This document shows, in pieces, positions 9,314-18,650 of a DNA stretch of 64,000 bases. Each line of letters begins with the position of its first letter. Within the stretch, counting starts at the first letter, position 1. The DNA lies in the NCBI GenBank assembly GCA_000004985.1, contig GG738887.1; one strand, 5' to 3'. The notes under the pieces were generated by a model, which had not been told where the DNA came from, did no database searches, and saw only the letters and a list, made by a program, of their open reading frames with translations. The stretch is from Naegleria gruberi. Its lineage: Eukaryota. A program made the position numbers and the translations under genes.

Positions 9314-11317
9314 ATGAAGAGATCAACAATTCTCTCCGCGCTCATCATGATGCTGCTGAGTTTTGCAGTCGTGATGGTTTGTGCCGGAACATTAAATAAT
9401 TTGGCTGATGAATTATTAAAGAATGGAAATTATGTTAGAATGGAAAGCGAGAGAGTCAATAGTAGAGCATCTAAAAGTATTGTACCAAAGGGATGGAGAG
9501 TAGTTGAAGGAAAATTTGAAGATCAACATGTTCATCTTACATTTGCATTGAAGAATCAAAATATTGAAAAGTTGAAAGATTTATTGTTGAAGATTTCTGA
9601 TCCAAAGCATCCACAACATGAAAATTATCTTACCACTGAACAAGTTGCTAGAATGACTACTCCTACTGATGAACACAAGAGTATTGTTTTGAATTATATC
9701 AAGTCTATTCCAGGAGCTCTCCTTGTCAAGGTTTCCAAGCATGAAAACTTTGTTTCTGCATTGATGCCACTCTCTTCTGTCAACAAGTACTTTAAAGCTG
9801 ACATGAAAAAGTTCACTCATGAAATTACTGGAGCTGTTGCTTTTAGATCCGAACAAGGATATGCATTGCCACAAAAGTTGGCTGAAGCTGTTAATTTGGT
9901 TTCTGGTGTTTATGGTTTCCCAACTATGAATGCCAAGTTTGATAAAAAGCTTGAATCTAAGAGTAGTCAAAGAGTCACTCCACAATTCATTTGGGCTAGA
10001 TACAATGTCACCTTCCCAAGCACTGTTAGTCCAAAGTCAACTCAAGCTGTTGCTTCATTCCTCCAACAATACTATTCCAATGCTGATTTGCAACTCTTCC
10101 AAAATACTTTCAAGCTTGAAAGACAAACTCCAAAGGTTATTGGACCAAATGATGAATCCAATCCTGGTGTTGAAGCTTCTTTGGATATTCAATATTTGTA
10201 AGTTTTTTCAACACGGTTATTTACCAACATTTCATTGTTTCAATTAATTAATTGGAAATAATTGTGGAATAATTTGGACTTGTTGGATAAAATTTTAAAA
10301 TAATACAGGATGGGTGTTGGTCAAAAGATTAATACTACCTTTGTTTCCACTGAAGGTGTCAATCCAATTACTCACCAAGAAAGATTTGTTCATTGGGTTA
10401 TTGGTCAACAAGAATTAGGAGATTCTTCTGCTTGGGTTCACTCTGTTTCATATGGTGATATCGAATATCAAGCTACCGTTGCTTTGGCTGATCAATTAGA
10501 TGCTGAATTCATCAAATTTGGTGCTACTGGTAGAACTGTTTTAATTGCTTCTGGTGATGATGGTGCTAGATGTAATGATAATGGAAATGCCTTTGAACCT
10601 GAATGGCCAACCTCTTCCCCATGGATTACCTCAGTTGGTGCCACTGAACCATCTGATTCTGATTATGAAACCACAACTAGCTGGTCTGGAGGTGGCTACA
10701 GTAATTATTATGATCGTCCAAAGTATCAAGATGAAGCTGTCAAGGCCTACCTTGCCTCAAATGCTGCTCCTCCAACTTCATACTTTAATGTTTCTGGTAG
10801 AGCTTATCCTGATGTTGCTGCATGTATGTATTTTATATTTCTAATCTATATCAATATCATCATACCAATAATTATTTTTCAATTATTTTCAATTAATTAT
10901 AGTTGGTGTTAGTAAGTAGTATTAATAATTATTCAATTTTATTAACTTGTTATCAGACTATCAAGTTTATGTTAATGGAATGATTCAAAATGTTGCTGGT
11001 ACCTGTAAGTAGTTAACATTTCACTTCTTTCAATAATCAACATTTCAATAGCTGCCTCAACACCTTGTTTCGCTGGTATTGTTTCCTTGATGAATGATGC
11101 TCGTTTCAGAGCTAACAAGAAACCACTCGGTTTCCTCAATATTTGGCTCTATCAACATGCTGGCAAGACTTCTGGTGCTTTCTATGATATTGTTAAGGGT
11201 AACAATGCTCACGGTGCTTGTCAATATGGTTTCTCTGCTACTAATGGATGGGATCCAATCTCAGGTTGGGGTGTTCCAAATTATAAGATTTTGCAACACT
11301 TGGCTCTCCTTAAATAA
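9314..11317 (+). CDS. tpp1: Tripeptidyl-peptidase I-like sedolisin (peptidase S53) preproenzyme, four exons
   Basis: The CDS is join(9314..10197,10309..10823,10957..11004,11052..11317), 570 aa with stop TAA at 11315-11317. It has a signal peptide and a pro-kumamolisin-type prodomain. Splice junctions were chosen to keep frame and reproduce motifs I recall from TPP1-family proteins: EASLDIQYL|MGVG across intron 1, AYPDVAA across intron 2, and the catalytic-serine motif GT|SASTP across intron 3. Other conserved blocks are VHSVSYGD, LIASGDDGA, SGGGYSN, PLGFLNIWLYQ and SGWGVPNY. Introns are 111, 133 and 47 nt with GT..AG ends (gtaagt, gtatgt, gtaagt). The match is from memory and was not database-checked. 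Confidence 0.8.
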
Positions 11318-11445
11318 ATTGGAAACTTGTCGAGTGTTACATAATTGAAATAATTTAACATTTTACAAAAATCTTCCATTCCAGTTCTGTATTGTTCTGG
11401 ATGAGCACATGGTGGTGAACCTTGATTTTGGTGACCTCTAATTGA

Positions 11446-12579
11446 ATGAGAAGATATTCAGTATCATGCAAATTCATCAAAAAAATGTCCACAAACAATC
11501 CATCATTGGAAACCATTAATTCTAACAATTTATTCTTTCAAGAATTTCTGCAGAAAATGGAGGAAGGAAATAATTTACAACGTAAATTATTGGCAACACA
11601 ACAGGAAATTCTCTGTGCTGTTAAAGAGAATAACGATTTGCAAGTACAAGTATTGGAAAGGTTATCTAAAAGTAAAAAGGAAAAACGAAAGGTTTCATCC
11701 GATTTAACAATAATGAATGCTGATGATCAATTTGATGATTCAGTATCAACCAACTCTAATTCTACCACTATTTCTCATAGTACAACAACTGAAAGAGAAC
11801 GAAAAAAGAGTAAGAAAAATGTTCAATGTTCAGAGGACGAAATATGCATTATTTATGAAGGAAGTTCGAATCATTCACTAATTATTCGAAAGGAATTATT
11901 GAAAGGACCTGTTTTGAGAGCTGCAATTTCTGGTAATTTCTTGGAGGAAAGTAATTTCATTCTGCCAAGTGATTCGATCAAACTTTCGAATATTCCCAAA
12001 GCAATGAAACAATTGAAGAAATTCTTTCATGATGAAAAACTAGACAAGTGCAATGAAGAAACAAAAAAGGATTTGCAGAATTTGGCTGATTTTCTTGTCC
12101 TCCCAGAACTCAAACTTGAATTACTGAAATATCAAATTTGTGATATTCCAATTCTTAAAACAAACAAAAAGAAAGGTGAACACAAGAATTATTCACAAGT
12201 TTTGGAAAAGATTGAAGAAATTTCAACTCAACTTCCTGGAATTTTAATTGATTTGGAGTCTGATGGCATGTTATCGGTATTGGAATCATTTCATGAATTT
12301 CTTAAAAGTGATGAAAAAAGAGCAGAAACTTTCGCAAGCGTTTGTGAAATAGTTTGGGACAAGAAGTACGCAAATAGAGGAATACTCTCGATCATATTGA
12401 AAGGATGTAAGTCATTGGATGCTTTGAAATATTATCTATTGGAAGAATGTGCAACTAATAAGGATCTTTACAATATTGATGAGGAAAAGGTTCAATTATT
12501 GAGCAAGTCCATTAGTGAGAAGTGGCAACATCTTTTACCTACTATTCACGAAAGTTTTTTGAAAGATTCATTCATCTAA
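11446..12579 (+). CDS. Hypothetical protein with a BTB/POZ-like domain
   Basis: This is a 377-aa single ORF ending at 12579 in TAA. ATG at 11446 is the first in frame; an alternative ATG at 11488 has a better A-rich context (caaaaaaATGtcc). The segment DEICIIYEGSSNHSLIIRKELLKGPVLRAAISGNFLEE...IKLSNIPKAMKQLKKFFH resembles the BTB core (V/I-x-V-x-G-x-x-F-x-A-H-K-x-V-L-A-x-x-S). This is a motif-level inference. Confidence 0.45.
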   Translation: MRRYSVSCKFIKKMSTNNPSLETINSNNLFFQEFLQKMEEGNNLQRKLLATQQEILCAVKENNDLQVQVLERLSKSKKEKRKVSSDLTIMNADDQFDDSVSTNSNSTTISHSTTTERERKKSKKNVQCSEDEICIIYEGSSNHSLIIRKELLKGPVLRAAISGNFLEESNFILPSDSIKLSNIPKAMKQLKKFFHDEKLDKCNEETKKDLQNLADFLVLPELKLELLKYQICDIPILKTNKKKGEHKNYSQVLEKIEEISTQLPGILIDLESDGMLSVLESFHEFLKSDEKRAETFASVCEIVWDKKYANRGILSIILKGCKSLDALKYYLLEECATNKDLYNIDEEKVQLLSKSISEKWQHLLPTIHESFLKDSFI

Positions 12580-12624
12580 ACAATAATTATTGGAAAACAG
12601 TGCAAAACGTGTATTGCTCTTACA

Positions 12625-14898
12625 CTAGATATTCAAAATTTGTCTGATAGATTGCTTGTTAGTCGAGTAATAAACAATCTTGCCACTTTCTCTAAACTTG
12701 GAAACAACATTTGGCTCCTCGCTAAATTCGTTTTGATAAAGACTGAGAACTCTTAAATGAGACAAGTGCGAGAAACAGCTTTCAAATGAAGGAATTTCAC
12801 AAAGCTCATTATGACTCAGATCCAACATTTCTAAATTCCTCAACAAGGTAGAAAAGAGCGTGCAGTTTGCATTTGTAATCTTCTCAATCTTGTTATGTCC
12901 GAGTCTCAAATCGACAATCTTGTTCGGTATCAATTCACTATTCCTATCATCCACTGTAGGTAATTGTTTTAAATTATTAAATGAAAGATTTAAAATTCTC
13001 AATTGTGGTAATGTTAGCAATTCCAACGGTATAGTTTCCAAAAGATTGTGACTCAAGTCTAACTCAACCAATGATTCAACTTGATAATTGAACAGAGATG
13101 AAAGGCATGATATTTGATTCCATTGAAGTTCTAACATGAGCAATTTAGAAAGACGTTGTGAAAATTTCATCTCTGTACTCTTTTTGTAATTCTCAATTTC
13201 TTCTGGCTCAGTGAGAGATGGATCAATGAATAAAAACTTGGGTGGAAATTCCTTGAGCTTTAAATAGTTGAGACTAATCATGGCAGAGTGATGATTTTCA
13301 TCATAGTTAAAAATCTGCCTTTGTACATAAGATTCAAAGTTTGGTCCTTTAAAATCCTTGCCAATATCTTCGTAGAGTTGAATTTGTAAAAGAAATCCAG
13401 TATTTGGAGCAATACAACATCTCTTATCTCTAACGTAGACAAAAGCCTCTTCAGCACTCATTTTCATTCGATTCATGACATAGGCAATAATAATGGTTGC
13501 AGATCGAGACATTCCTGCAGAGCAATGCACAAGAACCTTGTTGGAAGGATCAGCATTGAGACATTCATCGATCCAATCTAAGGCCTCATCAAATCGTCCC
13601 ATAATATTGGTCTTTTCTTCATCTGTCTCTGATATTTGTTTGTAATTTTTGAATAGACGAGATCTTTCCTCCTCGTCTGGGAAGGGAGAAATAACATTCA
13701 CACACAAAATACTATTAATACCAATTGATTTCAACTCTTCAATATTTGTAGCAGCAGTAACGGATCCCAAATAGAGTCTATCTGCAATCCTTTGTGGCAC
13801 TCGTTGCATGTGACATAAAAATCTCATTGCATTATGTGAATTGTGAGAGCCCTTCTTGGTTAGCACTTTAGAGAAGGATAGTCTGGCTTTTGGTGAATTT
13901 TTCTTGATTGACATTTTGATTGGAGAGGAAAAGTCCTCGTTGTGGTGAGTTTGAGACTTTTCTCTTCCAGTAATATATTTCAATTCTATAGGAATAGCAT
14001 CAGCTAAATCTATGTAATTCTCCTGTACATTCAAAGTTAAAAGACTATGTTGAATAAATAGGTTGGAAAAGTATTTTGGAATCCTTTTGATATTATTATT
14101 GGAAAGATTCAAAACTTTGAGAGGACATAAAGAAGCAACCTTGAAAAACTCTTCAGAAATCTCCTCAATAGCATTCGAGCTCAAATTAATGGACGTTAAT
14201 TGTTTAAATTGTGAGAGAAATTCAATAGGAATCCTCTTGAGTCCACAATTTGTTAATTCCACCACTGTAATATTCTCTTTCAAATAATTTGCCAATTTCC
14301 TCTTCTCGTCAAACATAACTTCTACCAAATTGACTCTCAAATATTCGTCCATATCACTCACACCATCATGCAATAAATTATTAAATTCCAAACCTTCAAA
14401 CGGAGCCACAACCTGTTCATTCTCAATCAATTCATTTACATTATTTACAATTGAAACTCTATCAGAATTTTCATTAAACTTCAGGATTAAATTTTCCAAA
14501 GCCTCCGATCTAATAGTATTCTCCACAACACTCATCGAACACTTTCTAAAGAAGAGAATCTTTCCATGCTGTTCTCCACTCTCGACTGATGCAGCAGCGG
14601 TTGAAGAAGTTGATGAAGCAATCCTCTTGGAAATATCCGTAGTATTGTCATTTGTAGAATGAATAGCTTGTTCTATAGTAGAAAAGAATTTACTAAGAGT
14701 TTCACCTATTGAAGAAGTAGAAGGAGATGAAGAATTTGTTATTGTTGTATTACTGGATTTTCTTCTGGGAGAATTTTCAGAGTTTGAATTTGTTGTTGTT
14801 GTTGTTTTTGTTGTTGTTGGTGATGAGAACCATCTCCGACCACCGGAAAAGAACGCCAAGACCGGAAGAAGCGTGAGCCACCAGAGAGCGGCAAGCAT
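12625..14898 (-). CDS. Dual-specificity protein phosphatase with leucine-rich repeats (dictyostelid MPL-type MAP-kinase-phosphatase architecture)
   Basis: ATG at 14896-14898 is confirmed (aaaaaaATGctt on the minus strand), and the 757-aa single exon ends at TAG 12625-12627. It starts with a hydrophobic N-terminus LAALWWLTLLPVLAFF followed by a Thr/Ser-rich region. LRRs are present, including LTSINLSSNAIEEI, LKVLNLSNNNIKRIP, LRILNLSFNNLKQLP and LEMLDLSHNELCEIP. The central DUSP catalytic core has the P-loop VHCSAGMSRSATIIIAYVM (HCxxGxxRS) and an upstream DRLYLGS motif. Confidence 0.8.
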   Translation of the reverse strand: MLAALWWLTLLPVLAFFSGGRRWFSSPTTTKTTTTTNSNSENSPRRKSSNTTITNSSSPSTSSIGETLSKFFSTIEQAIHSTNDNTTDISKRIASSTSSTAAASVESGEQHGKILFFRKCSMSVVENTIRSEALENLILKFNENSDRVSIVNNVNELIENEQVVAPFEGLEFNNLLHDGVSDMDEYLRVNLVEVMFDEKRKLANYLKENITVVELTNCGLKRIPIEFLSQFKQLTSINLSSNAIEEISEEFFKVASLCPLKVLNLSNNNIKRIPKYFSNLFIQHSLLTLNVQENYIDLADAIPIELKYITGREKSQTHHNEDFSSPIKMSIKKNSPKARLSFSKVLTKKGSHNSHNAMRFLCHMQRVPQRIADRLYLGSVTAATNIEELKSIGINSILCVNVISPFPDEEERSRLFKNYKQISETDEEKTNIMGRFDEALDWIDECLNADPSNKVLVHCSAGMSRSATIIIAYVMNRMKMSAEEAFVYVRDKRCCIAPNTGFLLQIQLYEDIGKDFKGPNFESYVQRQIFNYDENHHSAMISLNYLKLKEFPPKFLFIDPSLTEPEEIENYKKSTEMKFSQRLSKLLMLELQWNQISCLSSLFNYQVESLVELDLSHNLLETIPLELLTLPQLRILNLSFNNLKQLPTVDDRNSELIPNKIVDLRLGHNKIEKITNANCTLFSTLLRNLEMLDLSHNELCEIPSFESCFSHLSHLRVLSLYQNEFSEEPNVVSKFRESGKIVYYSTNKQSIRQILNI
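14791..14819. repeat. Imperfect (TTG)n repeat encoding a poly-Thr tract near the N-terminus of the LRR-phosphatase (minus strand)
   Basis: The repeat tgttgttgttgttgtttttgttgttgttg on the plus strand corresponds to ACA/AAC codons on the coding strand (TKTTTTTNSNS). Confidence 0.85.
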
Positions 14899-15103
14899 TT
14901 TTTTAATTTAAGAAAATTGGATATTAATATTTTAATATTTTTAATATTTTGTAAAGTTGTTTTGAAATACAAGGGCGAAATTCTGAAAATAGCAGATTAG
15001 GAAATAGTTATGAAACAGGCTGCTGAAACATGAATTTCCCATCCAACTAATGCATTCTGTTGCATTGCATTAAGGAAGAGTTTATGATTTAATAACCTTG
15101 ATA

Positions 15104-16783
15104 TTAGTGCATGAGCAGAATGGCTGAATATTCGTGTTCACACCTTTCAAGAAATAATCTTTCTGAATAAATAGTAAAGAATCCATCAGATATAGAGGCT
15201 GCTCTTTGAATCTCTGGATCTGTTCTCAATTTCATAGAGAGTATGTTGATATTATTTCCTGTCTTCTTGACAAACTCCATGGCAAGCTCTTTATCTATCT
15301 CACCATAGTAATTATTTAAACCACCCCTTATAGCTGCAATCAATACATCTCGATCAGATGGAAATAAGTTACGCAACATTGAATAGTCAGAGCCCTTACG
15401 AATTAGTCCCTCAATTGCTAGCTCTTTATCCAATTGACCTGGATACAAAGCACGTAGATCTGATAAAGACAAGCCACTTCTTACAGCCTCTAAAGCAAAA
15501 TTTCTATTGGATAGTAATAGTGCTGGTGGCTCAGCATCTGGTGGACTTTCCAAAAAGTTGGGCATGTCTTTTGGAACAAACAATGCAACAGAACCATTTT
15601 GCTTGACAGCTGCCATAATAATTTCACTGTCTCTCGTTAAACGTGGAGAAACAAACTGATAGCAACATCCGTTCTGTTTGACAAGTTCCAAAACCACCTC
15701 TCTATCATCTTGCAATATTTTCATCAAGTGTAAATGCAGTGGATTGTCTCTGACAGCTGTCAATGCCAAATTTTTATCATTTAACAGATCTGGATGAGCA
15801 TAAGCATACATTTTTGCCTTAACCAAAATATCTACATCTGTTTTCAATCTGTAAGATGCATAATGATATGCTTGATTGTCATTCTCCAAGGCCAACAATA
15901 CAATTTCCTTGTTATCTTTAATTTCTTTCGAAGCATAATTGAGAGAAGTTCCTTTTCTAGTAATTGCCCTTGTTACCACTCTCAAATCCCCCTTCAGTTC
16001 TTGGCTTGCAAACTCGAGTGCATCTGGATTCTGATTAATTGCCAAGTTGACAATTTTCTTATTATTTTTCAATTCAACAGATGCATATTGCAAACCTTTT
16101 CCATAAACCTTTACAATTTCTGTAAGTACATCAGGATTCGATCCATAATTCTTTAAAATTTGATCCAAATACCTTGTATCTGTCCATTCCTTCACACTAA
16201 ACTCTCCTCTATTAAACAAATCCAAAACAAATGCAATATCCTCCTCTCCATACTTATTGTGCATAATTCCACTCAATTTTCCCTTTTCATTTGCAATATC
16301 ATTCAAATACTTTTCAAATCCCTCAACACTTCTCAATTGTCCATAATCTTTCAAACTGGGATTATAAATCTTCCTCATAATTGCTCTCATCACCAAAGCA
16401 TCTCTCAAAACCTCTCGAGGTAATATCTGAATAATTGTCTCTATCGATAACTTGACCAAATTCCTCATATAATCAATTACACAATCTCTGTGCTTCATAA
16501 ACTCAATCGGAATAAAATCATTATTTGTTTTAAATTCCTTCTTACGATCCAATCGGAGATGAATTCGTTGAAACCACTTGACTCTTCCTTTCTGTTGATT
16601 TTCAAATTTTGATTTTAATTTTAAATATAAATGATGAAGATGATCATGATGATGATTATTAATATTGGAATGATGATCGGAGAGAATTAGAATGACAGCA
16701 TCACGATGATGATAAGAAGCAGGAGGAGCAGTTGCTTTTGTACCTTTTCTAATTGTTGTTTTTTTGCTTTTGTTTGTAAGCAT
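15104..16783 (-). CDS. DUF4116-repeat protein
   Basis: ATG is at 16781-16783 and the 559-aa ORF ends at TGA 15104-15106. The N-terminus is His/Asn-rich low complexity. It is followed by tandem ~35-aa repeats of the DUF4116 type: LQYASVELKNNKKIVNLAINQNPDAL, EFASQELKGDLRVVTRAI, LNYASKEIKDNKEIVLLALENDNQAYHYASYRLKTDVDIL, LELVKQNGCCYQFVSPRLTRDSEIIMAAVKQNGSVALFV. Confidence 0.6.
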   Translation of the reverse strand: MLTNKSKKTTIRKGTKATAPPASYHHRDAVILILSDHHSNINNHHHDHLHHLYLKLKSKFENQQKGRVKWFQRIHLRLDRKKEFKTNNDFIPIEFMKHRDCVIDYMRNLVKLSIETIIQILPREVLRDALVMRAIMRKIYNPSLKDYGQLRSVEGFEKYLNDIANEKGKLSGIMHNKYGEEDIAFVLDLFNRGEFSVKEWTDTRYLDQILKNYGSNPDVLTEIVKVYGKGLQYASVELKNNKKIVNLAINQNPDALEFASQELKGDLRVVTRAITRKGTSLNYASKEIKDNKEIVLLALENDNQAYHYASYRLKTDVDILVKAKMYAYAHPDLLNDKNLALTAVRDNPLHLHLMKILQDDREVVLELVKQNGCCYQFVSPRLTRDSEIIMAAVKQNGSVALFVPKDMPNFLESPPDAEPPALLLSNRNFALEAVRSGLSLSDLRALYPGQLDKELAIEGLIRKGSDYSMLRNLFPSDRDVLIAAIRGGLNNYYGEIDKELAMEFVKKTGNNINILSMKLRTDPEIQRAASISDGFFTIYSERLFLERCEHEYSAILLMH

Positions 16784-17025
16784 TAGTAATTAGTAAAAGA
16801 AAATTTGATTAAAGTATTGGCGGGAAAGTTAATGTAAAGATATTTTTTTTGTGAATGGTAAATATCCCGCTAAACACTTACTGTCAAAGCGTGCTGGTAC
16901 TTTGACGATTTTGCGTCAAGCTATTTTCGTCAAACAAGCGAAAAGTTGTCTTAGCAGGAGGGAACTTGGAAATTTTTCCAATTTCAAATAACAAATAAAT
17001 TTCCAAGTCAATAAATTTCAATTTA

Positions 17026-17721
17026 TTAAAAGTTTTGATATGCATAATAATGCACAGGAATATATTTCTCTTCATCAGGGAGTTTGACAACAACACATGG
17101 GAGCATTTCAAATGCTTCACTTCTACTAATCTCCCTTGTCTTATTGGTGGTGTTGGAAATTAAGGTAATCTCATTAAAATCTTTTGAGAAAGATGCCACT
17201 TTGAAAACTTCGTTCGTTTTGATATCCTTGATACAATCTAATTCCTTTCTTACAACGTAGTGACCAACTATACATTCAGAGGCAATAAGAGGTTCATTTA
17301 AATCCATTAAATCACATAATTGGCACATATCAAAGTACATGATTGAATATCGAGCAGAATTTGAACAAACGTAAGTCTTTGAGAGTGTGAAATTGAGTCC
17401 TTCTCCAATAAAAGCAGAATTTACACCAAGAGGGCCGTACATTCTACAAGAATTGACTAACTCAGTACAAATATGAAAGTTTGGTGTTGCTTTCTTTTCT
17501 CCAACCACTTTCTGATAATCAATTAACACTTGAAACAATTCAACCTCAATGTCTCCTAATTTGGATAACTGAAATGAGTCTGTCAGCTTATCAATTATAG
17601 AGGCAAATCTATGAATTATTTCAACCTTTGATTCTATTTCCTTAAATCCTTCGATATGTGTAAACAGCTCTAAATAATGATGACAGATCATGTAAATTTC
17701 AATTGCCTTTAGACTGTTCAT
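17026..17721 (-). CDS. Hypothetical protein (231-aa ORF), unknown family; possibly the 3-prime part of a disrupted longer gene
   Basis: This is a long open frame with ATG at 17719-17721 and a stop at 17026-17028. Its upstream minus-strand frame shows that an adjacent ORF in another frame (17744..17992) overlaps it by ~35 nt. That pattern suggests a frameshift or an unrecognised short intron rather than two genes. I recognise no family motifs. Confidence 0.4.
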   Translation of the reverse strand: MNSLKAIEIYMICHHYLELFTHIEGFKEIESKVEIIHRFASIIDKLTDSFQLSKLGDIEVELFQVLIDYQKVVGEKKATPNFHICTELVNSCRMYGPLGVNSAFIGEGLNFTLSKTYVCSNSARYSIMYFDMCQLCDLMDLNEPLIASECIVGHYVVRKELDCIKDIKTNEVFKVASFSKDFNEITLISNTTNKTREISRSEAFEMLPCVVVKLPDEEKYIPVHYYAYQNF

Positions 17722-17743
17722 AATCTGGCCATTTGTGGTCTTT

Positions 17744-17992
17744 CTAGGATGCTTGTGAAGGAATGATGGATACTTTTATTTCAGAAACAATGTCAAATCT
17801 TTCCCAGTATTGAACTGGGATCATTTTCATCATTTCTTGGAAAACTCCTTCATATAATACATGCATTGAATCATAGCAACAAATATCTGATGGTGATGGA
17901 TTCCAATCTTGATCCAAAATTGGTGAAATTGATTTCAACCCTTGATCAAAATTCCCTTTTTGAATGTGATTTTTCCAATACTCTTTATCTCT
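17744..17992 (-). pseudogene. Open frame fragment without ATG start, possibly a frameshifted 5-prime part of the downstream ORF or a decayed element
   Basis: The track's start at 17938 is TTG. The frame is open upstream to a stop at 17993-17995 and the only ATG is internal (..CCYDSMHVLYEGV..). It ends at TAG 17744-17746 while the next ORF's frame is already open in a different phase. Confidence 0.25.
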
Positions 17993-18023
17993 AAAGGTGC
18001 AAGATTAATTGTATCATATTTAG

Positions 18024-18650
18024 GGTGTATTCTTATTGGGTATCGAGTTTGTTTCAAAGATTTTGAATTTTCTTTGGTTGATTCTATATCAACACTTTAC
18101 AGATTCTGAACCACTTGTTCAGTTTTCAAGTCAGAAATCTACAAGCAAGCCAAAGTCTTCTACCAAGAATGCTTCTTCTTACAATGAACCTTCCAACAAG
18201 AAGGCTTCTTCAAGCAATGATGATTCAAATGAAGTTCCGGAATCATTTGCAAATTCTGCATTTTTGAAACACTATAATGATTTAGTTGATGAGAATGAAA
18301 GAATTAAGAAAGAATTGGCTAGATATAAACAGGCAGTCAGAAATATGAATGAAATGATTAATCAAATGGTGAGCTGTTTAGATGAGTATCAAGATGTCTT
18401 TGCATTGGGAGACTCTATTGTGCATCATGATGATAAAACCATTGTGCTCACCCATAAAGAGATAGCAAAGATTTGTGAATTAGGTGAGAAAACCTCTCAA
18501 ATCATACATGTTTGCTCAACCTACTTTGAAAAGTCAATTACAAAGCACAACCAAGATGAAAGAAAGCTATTGTTTAAGATAATATTTGATGCAATGGGTT
18601 GGAAAATAAGCAAACACAAGAACAAACTCAGTAAATACAGAGGTCTTTAG
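18024..18650 (+). CDS. Hypothetical Ser-rich / coiled-coil protein fragment lacking an in-window ATG start
   Basis: The track's start at 18036 is TTG. The frame opens at 18024 after TAG 18021-18023, and the first ATG is about 100 codons downstream. The coding-like composition includes a Ser/Lys/Asn-rich N-part and a heptad-like ENERIKKELARYKQAVRNMNEMINQM segment. After the stop TAG 18648-18650, the +1 frame continues as a Lys/Glu-rich open frame to 18849. This suggests a frameshift, sequencing error or missed intron. Confidence 0.35.
   Translation, partial: GVFLLGIEFVSKILNFLWLILYQHFTDSEPLVQFSSQKSTSKPKSSTKNASSYNEPSNKKASSSNDDSNEVPESFANSAFLKHYNDLVDENERIKKELARYKQAVRNMNEMINQMVSCLDEYQDVFALGDSIVHHDDKTIVLTHKEIAKICELGEKTSQIIHVCSTYFEKSITKHNQDERKLLFKIIFDAMGWKISKHKNKLSKYRGL

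Noticed and set aside
9072-9317. 81-aa plus-strand ORF immediately upstream of the TPP1 start
   Set aside because: It lies in the AT-rich 5-prime spacer and its Lys/Asn/Phe-rich translation is what low-complexity AT DNA yields in any frame. It terminates inside the real gene's start region. It is more likely promoter or 5-prime UTR than coding.
10545-10912. Alternative-frame ORFs and a hydrophobic extension of TPP1 exon 2 (CMYFIFLIYINIIIPIII..)
   Set aside because: The extension begins exactly at a GTATGT donor and is extremely AT-rich. Splicing it out restores TPP1 homology, so it is intron sequence read through.
14739-14972. 77-aa minus-strand ORF with a poly-Gln run spanning the LRR-phosphatase start
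   Set aside because: It overlaps the 5-prime end of the 757-aa phosphatase ORF in another frame, and its poly-Gln comes from the same (TTG)n repeat. It has no independent support.
17744-17992. Weak resemblance of ..CCYDSMHVLYEGV.. to the D-x-M-H-x-E-x-N-V segment of plant-type Tnp2/CACTA transposases
   Set aside because: The spacing does not align properly and no other transposase motifs (DDE residues, zinc fingers, TIRs) are visible, so I do not call it a transposase. I flag the region only as a disrupted ORF.
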